This document shows, piece after piece, positions 56,905 through 64,000 of a stretch of DNA of 64,000 nucleotides. Positions within the stretch are counted from its first letter, which is position 1; every line of letters starts with the position of its first letter. The stretch is from Candidatus Nomurabacteria bacterium GW2011_GWD2_36_14 (GTDB lineage: Bacteria > Patescibacteriota > Minisyncoccia > Phycocordibacterales > UBA9973), in NCBI GenBank assembly GCA_000991405.1, contig LBRL01000001.1, positions 315,200 through 379,199 on the forward strand, in the 5' to 3' direction. Both the position numbers and the translations under genes were made by a program. The notes beneath the pieces were generated by a model, which saw nothing but the letters and a program-made list of their open reading frames with translations, did no database searches and was not told the DNA's origin.

Positions 56905-58773
56905 TTAATTTATAACACGTTCCTGCCCTGATTGAAAGCTTGGGTCGCCAGTCAAGAAAGTGTTAATCGGGCCTCTCTTACTGCTAATACTTGTACCAGT
57001 AAATGCATCCGTCCCAGTCAAGAACAAATCCTTCATAAGTTGAGGTACACTTCCGACTTGAGAAAGCGATGGAGTAAGAGCAATAGTGAACGTCGCTTCA
57101 CGATTCAAGCTTCCTCCTGTATTTGCTTTGACAGATCCAATATTCCAAATGACTTCACGTGTTGATTCATTGTAGGAAATATTCTCACGTGGAGATACAG
57201 GAGCCACCCACTTCACATATACAGGTATCGAGGCTCTTGCGACAGCACCACTCACAGCATTGGTAGAGTTCGAAAGAGTCCAAGTTACATTGTACTGTGT
57301 TTCTTTCTCAGCCTTGGGAGGTAGAGCTCCACTCTTAAACGTGGCCGAAGAGGCTATCTGGAAGTCAGATAAGACCTTCACAATCTTCTTTGAGAAATTG
57401 TTCACATCTGTATAAGTAGAACCGAGTGATGGTTGCTTGCCTTTTATACTTACATCGAAAGTCATCTGTGGGTCTTTCACAACATTCTGTCCTCCAATCA
57501 ATGACAAGGATTTAAGACTGAAGCTGACTTCCCCCTTCTCTCCCGGCTCAATATCTGACAATGTCCACACAGAATTCTTGTCCCACACGATACGATTATT
57601 GAAAGAGTCATAGAATCCTTCTTGTGAATTAATAGATGACCTGTCTACGACGTTACCTCCAATATTTGCAATAATCTCTCCGTCTGTAATCCTGTTGGGT
57701 AAATTGTTGGCCCATGCAATTCGTACGTTGATGGTCTCTCCTGCAGAAGTTGTATCGGCGACTAGGATATTGGCTTCAATGAAAGGCTTCACTATAGTCA
57801 CACTATGTAGGATAGAACTATATACCACATCAACAGTAGATCTATCGGTGGGTCTGGTCGTCCCTGCATACACGTGGAAGACTTGCTGGTCTTGATCTAG
57901 TCCTATGATTCTACCTTTTACCACCACCGAGACTGGGTTCGTCAGACTAAGAGCACTCAAGCTCCAAATAGAATTACCGAAAGTTGGAGCAGGCACTGCA
58001 CTTTCATAAATAAAATTATTGGGGTAAGTTAATTGCATTACAGTATCACCATTAGGTAATGCCGTATTCAAAGTTGCCTTAACTGTAAACATTACTGGTT
58101 GATCTGAAGTCACAGTATCTGGAGCTTCTATAGACAGAGTTAGGGGGGATAAGCTTATATTGACTCCATAATTTATTTCCTTTGTGAAGATGGCATTGGA
58201 ACCTTCGGGGTGATAGTCAAGCTTGATATTTACATTGCGATCTGTCTTCTCATCTCCATACAAAATAACTTTTATATCTTTGGTGATAGTCTCACCCGGC
58301 TTGATAGTCCCTATATCTATACGTGGTAATCTGGTCACGTCAGCTACATTGTCGCTAGCTCCGCTAGGGTAAGATATTTGTAGATTTGCAAGTACAAGGT
58401 TCGTCTTGTTGCGGTTCACTATTTCTACTTGCAAAGGAAGCTCCTCCCCTCCTTTAGTAAAGGCACTACCGGCAACTTTGATATCTATATTGTCGCTTGA
58501 GACAGAAGTCCCTCCTGTATAAAATTTATACGAAGCAACCCCCACTGCTATCACAAAGAAGATGATGGCAAAAATAAAGAACTTTTTAAAAATAGATGTC
58601 TTAGGTTTTTTCATTACGTTCATAGAGTTAGTAAATTCTTCATTCTTCCATTCTTGATCTACCTTATGTTCTATCGGGTGAAGTATGCCTTCCTTAGATC
58701 TGTGAGTCACAGTATCTCTTGGCTCATAAAGGCGACGCTTAATATCTTCAATTTTATTTTCATTTTCTTGCAT
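56905..58773 (-). CDS. Hypothetical membrane-anchored protein with a large beta-rich extracytoplasmic domain
   Basis: About 65 aa of cytoplasmic N-terminus, one TM segment (FFIFAIIFFVIAVGVA), then 540 aa with no recognised motif. It is co-oriented with recO and glyQS. Confidence 0.35.
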   Translation of the reverse strand: MQENENKIEDIKRRLYEPRDTVTHRSKEGILHPIEHKVDQEWKNEEFTNSMNVMKKPKTSIFKKFFIFAIIFFVIAVGVASYKFYTGGTSVSSDNIDIKVAGSAFTKGGEELPLQVEIVNRNKTNLVLANLQISYPSGASDNVADVTRLPRIDIGTIKPGETITKDIKVILYGDEKTDRNVNIKLDYHPEGSNAIFTKEINYGVNISLSPLTLSIEAPDTVTSDQPVMFTVKATLNTALPNGDTVMQLTYPNNFIYESAVPAPTFGNSIWSLSALSLTNPVSVVVKGRIIGLDQDQQVFHVYAGTTRPTDRSTVDVVYSSILHSVTIVKPFIEANILVADTTSAGETINVRIAWANNLPNRITDGEIIANIGGNVVDRSSINSQEGFYDSFNNRIVWDKNSVWTLSDIEPGEKGEVSFSLKSLSLIGGQNVVKDPQMTFDVSIKGKQPSLGSTYTDVNNFSKKIVKVLSDFQIASSATFKSGALPPKAEKETQYNVTWTLSNSTNAVSGAVARASIPVYVKWVAPVSPRENISYNESTREVIWNIGSVKANTGGSLNREATFTIALTPSLSQVGSVPQLMKDLFLTGTDAFTGTSISSKRGPINTFLTGDPSFQSGQERVIN

Positions 58774-58797
58774 GTCTATTATTATATCATAATTAAT

Positions 58798-59382
58798 TTA
58801 AAGTTGACTCTCGTTCAGAGCTTTATTGATATGAGAGATTATAGACCTTTTCTCTCGAAGCAAGGTTTCCGTCTGACTCAAGTCTATCTTCCCTCCGAGG
58901 TAGTCGGTGAGCATGAGCGAGTCCCCGATATAACCCAGTGCATTCATAATACGAAGCACCAGATGAAGCTCAAGTGCCTCACGAGAAGATGCAGATACAT
59001 TCATGTCATCGAGCAAGAACAGGACTTGTATAAAGTCATCAAATATCTTCTCATTGGATTCTTCTCCATCGCAAAGTCTTTCAAGAAGTTTACTTATTCG
59101 AGCAATCATTAGAAGCGATCTCTTAGAAGAGCGAGCGAAAGGAAAGGTGGAAATATTTGAAGCTGTTGTTATCCGCCATATATCCTTGCCTCTGACGAAG
59201 TCAATATGAGAATACGACAAGTCCTGCAGAGAGAATCGAAGTTTTGACTTATGAAGTCTTATGCCTTGCACCATCGCCCGCACCAAGCCCATCTCACGTG
59301 TATAAACCGTCAGCATCTTATTCGCCTCACCTTTATTGTGAGAACTTAGTACAAATCCATGTGTGTGATAAATATGATGCAT
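58798..59382 (-). CDS. recO: DNA repair protein RecO (short)
   Basis: N-terminal OB-fold pattern GFVL......GE.....V.T...G.....V.G.R.....L. Confidence 0.55.
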   Translation of the reverse strand: MHHIYHTHGFVLSSHNKGEANKMLTVYTREMGLVRAMVQGIRLHKSKLRFSLQDLSYSHIDFVRGKDIWRITTASNISTFPFARSSKRSLLMIARISKLLERLCDGEESNEKIFDDFIQVLFLLDDMNVSASSREALELHLVLRIMNALGYIGDSLMLTDYLGGKIDLSQTETLLREKRSIISHINKALNESQL

Positions 59383-60020
59383 TATATTTCTTCTTCTTTG
59401 CCTATTTCTAATTTCCTAAAAAGAATATCATCTTCTTTTAAAATTGTTTCTGGAATTCTCCATGCTGAAGTTGAGAAGTCCTGCAATATCGCATCATGCA
59501 CTCCGAAGCAAATCCTGGGTCTAATATGCTTTGCGTATTCTATCGCTTCAGATAGTTTCATCCATGGACCTGCTACAGGGAGAGCAAGTATATCCACGTC
59601 TACATCTGGGTAACTGAAAGAGTCTCCTGCATAGCAGAGATTATCTATCATGTAGCCAGTATTTTGAACTCTTCCGAAATCTTCATATATCTGTGCATGG
59701 ATATTACCAAAACCAGAGATAATAATTCCTTCCAATTCATACTTTTCTCCTTCTTCTACTTTTATATATGGTATACCATTTTGATCTAGAATATTTCCGA
59801 CAGAAGTATTGGTTATCACAACAGCACTTGGATTGTTTTTCAAAACATCCTTCAGAGAATCCACATGCAAATGGTCTTGGTGTTCGTGTGTAATCAGAAT
59901 CGCATTTATATTGGTTTCTCCAACTTGGAGTATCGAATAAGCCCCAGGATCGGTCATAATTCTGACCCCCTCTTTAGGTTCCACTACGAAACAGCAATGC
60001 CCAAGTTTCTTAATCTTCAT
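59382..60020 (-). CDS. MBL-fold metal-dependent hydrolase
   Basis: ILITHEHQDHLH motif (HxHxDH). Confidence 0.7.
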   Translation of the reverse strand: MKIKKLGHCCFVVEPKEGVRIMTDPGAYSILQVGETNINAILITHEHQDHLHVDSLKDVLKNNPSAVVITNTSVGNILDQNGIPYIKVEEGEKYELEGIIISGFGNIHAQIYEDFGRVQNTGYMIDNLCYAGDSFSYPDVDVDILALPVAGPWMKLSEAIEYAKHIRPRICFGVHDAILQDFSTSAWRIPETILKEDDILFRKLEIGKEEEI

Positions 60021-60024
60021 CTTT

Positions 60025-63000
60025 CTATTTTACCAAATTTACAACAAATACTAAACCATCAATTTTTATTTCCCTAAATGCTTCAGTAGAAGCATCGGGC
60101 GATCCAATTTCATTGGATTTAGCCTCACCAGAATTATCCTTAAATTGTAAGTCTTTTGCACCGACAGCTTTCAGAAGCTCGTTTTTCCATTTGTTTATGA
60201 GTTCTTGTCCATCTACAGAAGTTTCAATTTCAAGAGCTATTATATCGTTTGGATTAAGTCCTGCTTTCTTTCTCATATCCTGAATAGCACGGACAAGCTC
60301 ACGGTAGTTCCCTTCTTGTTTTAACTCTTCTGTAATATTAGTATCTAGTTCAACTTTTAATTCTTCGCCTTTTATAAATTCTATTTTTTTAATATTTAAT
60401 TCGTCTTTTAAAATTTCAATATACTCATTACCTAATTTATAATCTACTTGAATATTATTTGATTCATTATTTAATAAATATGTAACTAACAATTTATTGA
60501 GTGGCTGACGAACAGGAATATTATTCTTTTGACGTTGTTGTAATCCAAGAGTTACAATTTCTCGTGTTGTTTCCATATTTATACGAACTTCTGAATGCCA
60601 AAATTCTCTTTTTGATTCTGGCCATTCTACAAGATGCACACTTTCTTTATCCTCTTCATTCTTTAATTTCTGCCAAATATCTTCAGAAGCAAACGGTGCA
60701 AATGGAGCCATAAGTGTCACCAATGTTTTTAATACATAATACAATGTTTGTTTAGCCTCAACATCCCCATCCTTAAGTCTTTCACGGCTTCGACGAACAT
60801 ACCAAGTAGATAAGTCATCCATAAAGTCGCGAATTGCTCGAACGGGTTCTAGAAGTTTATAATTTTCCATATTTTTAGTAATCGTATCTGTAAGCTCTGA
60901 CAGACGAGCAATAATCCACTTGTCCAAAGTGTTTCCTGACTCAATTTTAGTAGTTGAACTACTAAAATTTTTCTCTAGGCTTTTATCTCGATAAAGCTCG
61001 TAAAAAGCTAAAACGTTATATAGCAAATTAAAAACTTTACTATGAAGTTCCGCTACTGTCTTCTCATCAAAACTTTTAGCTTCGCCAGGTTGATTGACTC
61101 CATACATCCAAAGACGAAGGGTATCTACTCCGTATTTATGCATCATCTCCCAAGGGTCTACAATGTTGCCAAGACTCTTACTCATCTTCTTTCCATTGGC
61201 ATCAAGAAGAAGCCCCAGACAAATCACATTCTTGTATGCCTTGCCCTTACCCATAAGTACACCCACAGCATGTAGTGTATAGAACCATCCACGAGTCTGA
61301 TCGAGTGCTTCTGATATAAAATCAGCAGGATATAAAATCTGTTGTTCTTTATTCCCTGCCCCGTTGGAAGTACTCTTTCCTTCGGGGTCAAATGGATAAT
61401 GGTCTTGTGAGAATGGCATTGTACCTGAGTCCAACCAGACATCCAGAACTTCTTTCTCTCTTTTTAAATTTCCTCCGCAACTACATACCAAGCTTATCTC
61501 ATCTATAAAAGGCTTATGTAGATCAAGCTCATAATTCTCATTATGAGGAAGAGCTACAAAGTTCAATTCTCTTATCTCAGCATTTCTCAAGTATGGAGGA
61601 AAGTTTTCGTCAGTCGGTAATGTCTCGTAAGAGAAGCCTTGCACCACATGACACAGTGCACTAGTCTCCCCAGCATGACCTATGAGAAGAATATTCTTAC
61701 CAGAGTATTGGCTATCTATTTCATAAATCATTTTCCCTACTCGATTAATAACTTGCGAATAACTCTCTCCGTTTGGCATCGCTTCAAATGGATGCTCCTT
61801 ATACTGATTGCAATAAAATTCTTCGAAAGCTTCTCGCGACTTTCCTTGATAATCCGAACTTACATCCCATTCTTTCTCAAGATCGTTATAAATAACTTTA
61901 TCCAGTGGATAGCCAATCTGCTCACAAAGAATTTTTGTTGTTTCTCTAGCTCTCTCTAGAGGGGATGCTATGATGACATCAATTTTCTCTTTAAAATTTT
62001 TAGAACTTTCTATTACTTGCTCTACCCCAAATTTTGTAAGTTTGCAATTATTAGCTTCTTCATCATTCATTACAGTCTCGCTAACATTACATTCTGCCTG
62101 TCCATGACGCATGACCCAGTACTTGTTCCCTGACTTTTTAACTTTTGACTTTAAACTTTCTAAACTACCTACAACTTCCCTATTATTACATTCCGCACAA
62201 GTCCAAATAGGTAAAGGTGTACCCCAATAACGCTCACGAGAGATAGCCCAATCCTTTATGTCTTTCAACCATTCACCGAAACGCCCTTCTTTAATATATG
62301 AAGGCTCCCAATTTATACTTTTATTTTCTTCTATCAACTGATTTTTAATTTTCGGATCTGACATCTTGATATACCAAGAATCACGAGCATAGTATATAAG
62401 TGCCGTCTTACAACGCCAGCAGTGTGGGTATGAGTGCTCATACTTTTCTTTCTTAAACAGAAGTCCTCGGTGTGCTAAATCTTTTATAATATCTACAGCC
62501 ACCTCCTCGTCGCGAACAAATCGCCCTTCAAGAAAGTCTGTACCTGCTAAATACTTTCCATCAAGTCCTACCATGTGATGCTTCGGTAAGCCTACTTCAT
62601 TACCCAAAGCAAAGTCATCTTGCCCATACATGACAGCCGTATGCACAACTCCTGTACCATCTTCTGTAGTTACAAAATCCGCCGAGTAAACCTTGAATGC
62701 TTTTTCAAGCTTGGGCTTCTCAGTATCTGAAATAGTATTTGAAAGATATGGATATAGAGGTTCGTATTCTAAGCGTGTAAGTATAATGTGTGGTATAGTC
62801 TCCCATGTTGAAAAATTATCCTGTTTATACTCAGAAAAAATTTTATTAGCTAATTCTTCTGCTAAAATATAAAATTCATTTCCAACTTTAACTTTAATAT
62901 ATTCAATATCTTTACCTATCGCTAGTGCTACGTTTCCAGGAAGAGTCCAAGGTGTCGTTGTCCAAGCAAGTATATAAGTATTATCCTGTCCTTTCACTTT

Positions 63001-63627
63001 AAATTTCGCATATACAGACAAATCTTTCACATCCATATACCCTTGAGCAAGTTCATGCGAGGAAAGAGTCGTACCACAACGAGGACACCAAGGCACAACC
63101 TTGTAGTCTTTATAAATCAATCCTTGTTTATCTGTTTCTTTTATAACATTCCAAACGGACTCAATATAATCATTGTGATAAGTCACGTAGGCATTCTTCT
63201 GGTCTACCCAGTAACCCATACGTTCAGTGAATTTCTCCCAGAGATCAACATACTCCCAGACACTTTCTTTGCATTCTTTATTGAACTTTGCAATTCCGTA
63301 TTCTTCAATAGCTTTCTTGGAAGTTAGTCCCAACTTCTTCTCAACTTGAAGTTCAACAGGAAGTCCATGAGTATCCCAGCCACCCTTACGACGCACATGA
63401 TATCCTCGCATAGTTTTATAACGAGGAATCACATCTTTGAAAGCACGAGCCTCCAAGTGGTGAATTCCCGGCTTGCCATTGGCAGTTGGAGGACCCTCGT
63501 AGAAAACATACTCACCCTTCGGAGCATCTTTCTCCAAGCTCTTTTCGAAAATTTTATTTTCTTTCCAGAATTTTAAAACTTCCTCTTCTCTTAAAGCTCC
63601 CGCTGATTTTTTGTTTTCTTCACTCAT
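60025..63627 (-). CDS. ileS: Isoleucyl-tRNA synthetase carrying an inserted histidine-phosphatase (PGAM-type) domain
   Basis: HIGH as PGIHHL and KMSKS as KMSKSLGN. The editing domain and Zn motifs are present. About 190 aa (RHGQ...SPLERARET...GHAGE) are inserted between ...PIWTCAECNN and ...LHKPFIDEI. A second repeat insert lies at 61358-61389. Confidence 0.9.
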   Translation of the reverse strand: MSEENKKSAGALREEEVLKFWKENKIFEKSLEKDAPKGEYVFYEGPPTANGKPGIHHLEARAFKDVIPRYKTMRGYHVRRKGGWDTHGLPVELQVEKKLGLTSKKAIEEYGIAKFNKECKESVWEYVDLWEKFTERMGYWVDQKNAYVTYHNDYIESVWNVIKETDKQGLIYKDYKVVPWCPRCGTTLSSHELAQGYMDVKDLSVYAKFKVKGQDNTYILAWTTTPWTLPGNVALAIGKDIEYIKVKVGNEFYILAEELANKIFSEYKQDNFSTWETIPHIILTRLEYEPLYPYLSNTISDTEKPKLEKAFKVYSADFVTTEDGTGVVHTAVMYGQDDFALGNEVGLPKHHMVGLDGKYLAGTDFLEGRFVRDEEVAVDIIKDLAHRGLLFKKEKYEHSYPHCWRCKTALIYYARDSWYIKMSDPKIKNQLIEENKSINWEPSYIKEGRFGEWLKDIKDWAISRERYWGTPLPIWTCAECNNREVVGSLESLKSKVKKSGNKYWVMRHGQAECNVSETVMNDEEANNCKLTKFGVEQVIESSKNFKEKIDVIIASPLERARETTKILCEQIGYPLDKVIYNDLEKEWDVSSDYQGKSREAFEEFYCNQYKEHPFEAMPNGESYSQVINRVGKMIYEIDSQYSGKNILLIGHAGETSALCHVVQGFSYETLPTDENFPPYLRNAEIRELNFVALPHNENYELDLHKPFIDEISLVCSCGGNLKREKEVLDVWLDSGTMPFSQDHYPFDPEGKSTSNGAGNKEQQILYPADFISEALDQTRGWFYTLHAVGVLMGKGKAYKNVICLGLLLDANGKKMSKSLGNIVDPWEMMHKYGVDTLRLWMYGVNQPGEAKSFDEKTVAELHSKVFNLLYNVLAFYELYRDKSLEKNFSSSTTKIESGNTLDKWIIARLSELTDTITKNMENYKLLEPVRAIRDFMDDLSTWYVRRSRERLKDGDVEAKQTLYYVLKTLVTLMAPFAPFASEDIWQKLKNEEDKESVHLVEWPESKREFWHSEVRINMETTREIVTLGLQQRQKNNIPVRQPLNKLLVTYLLNNESNNIQVDYKLGNEYIEILKDELNIKKIEFIKGEELKVELDTNITEELKQEGNYRELVRAIQDMRKKAGLNPNDIIALEIETSVDGQELINKWKNELLKAVGAKDLQFKDNSGEAKSNEIGSPDASTEAFREIKIDGLVFVVNLVK
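61358..61389. repeat. 32-nt GC-rich repeat GCCCCGTTGGAAGTACTCTTTCCTTCGGGGTC inside ileS, in frame
   Basis: Near-identical copy of the glyQS repeat. It encodes DPEGKSTSNGAG. Confidence 0.65.
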
Positions 63628-63629
63628 AT

Positions 63630-63950
63630 GTTTTTTATTAATTATCTATAATAATTTATTAATTTTCTCTTTCTACATATATACGCCCCTGCGTATATAT
63701 GTAATCTGTATAAAAAAACTCGTCCACGTACAACAATTACAATAATTGCTATACAAGGACGAGCTTCTATGCTTTCGCATGTAGACCGTGGTACCACCTC
63801 GTTTTTTACCCGCCGAATTGCGCGGGACTTCTCATTTAAAGGGTTCTACTTGCTTTATAAATAAAGCTTTCTTCCCAATACTTGCCCCGTTAAATTTGTT
63901 CTTTATTTAACTGGGGCGAAGAGTGATATCTCTTCTTCGTATACTTAAAT
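63630..63950 (-). promoter_or_regulatory. Candidate T-box riboswitch leader of ileS (Ile specifier AUC)
   Basis: Minus-strand transcript contains AACGAGGUGGUACCACGG, matching the T-box consensus AGGGUGGNACCGCGG. The UGGU matches discriminator A. A downstream hairpin CUCGUCC...GGACGAG plus a U-run is at plus 63711-63763. An upstream hairpin GAAGAG-AUAUCA-CUCUUC presents AUC-A in its loop (plus ~63921-63940). Confidence 0.5.
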
Positions 63951-64000
63951 AATAGCATTAAAATGATAATTTGCAAGAAAAATGATTTTGGTGTAATATC

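Overview
This is an AT-rich (~35% GC), gene-dense chromosomal segment with hallmarks of a reduced-genome Patescibacteria/CPR-type bacterium. Supporting signs: short dnaX and infB, frequent leaderless or SD-poor starts, and very large Thr/Asn/Gly-rich surface proteins. ORF-track coordinates include the stop codon.

Most of the window is housekeeping, largely on the minus strand:
- purSL–purQ–purF–purN purine cluster
- dnaX, dus, ftsQ-like, serS
- dprA, topA, rel, parB
- NUDIX / FMN-reductase / YceI / HxlR redox-stress cluster
- clpB, an IscS-family desulfurase, infB–rbfA, secG, RNase J
- the rpsF–ssb–rpsR operon
- tatD, metG, an M16 peptidase, glyQS, recO, and a 1200-aa ileS

Three tRNAs (Tyr-GTA, Cys-GCA, Leu-TAG) and a T-box leader upstream of ileS are present.

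The unusual content falls into seven groups:
1. Two families of short GC-rich palindromic repeats sit in frame inside housekeeping genes, in the manner of Rickettsia RPE elements: one in glyQS and ileS, the other in dus and iscS. tatD carries a similar palindromic in-frame duplication.
2. The same 'AGGCAAGGCCT' core tops several intergenic terminator hairpins.
3. Two miniature homologous elements lie 3' of tRNA-Cys and tRNA-Leu. Each ends in a 15–16-bp direct repeat of its tRNA's 3' end, and they sit beside a two-motif LAGLIDADG homing-endonuclease gene.
4. A second HTH/LAGLIDADG-like ORF is driven by a strong leaderless promoter and overlaps tRNA-Tyr.
5. A 'four-helix-bundle' (23S-rRNA-intervening-sequence-protein family) gene is inserted into the otherwise universal rpsF–ssb–rpsR operon. 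It is bracketed by a ~20-nt repeat family that forms inverted pairs, an IVS-like architecture.
6. The IleRS carries an inserted ~190-aa histidine-phosphatase (PGAM-type) domain.
7. A 1797-aa secreted fibre protein has Hep_Hag-like and 'VGIGTT' repeats and a C-terminal peptidase-S74 intramolecular-chaperone domain, with no flanking phage genes.

A conserved 'TTACTAGTCAC-N10-TTACTAGAAMC' box pair lies immediately upstream of the start codons of dprA and clpB, with a variant upstream of tatD.
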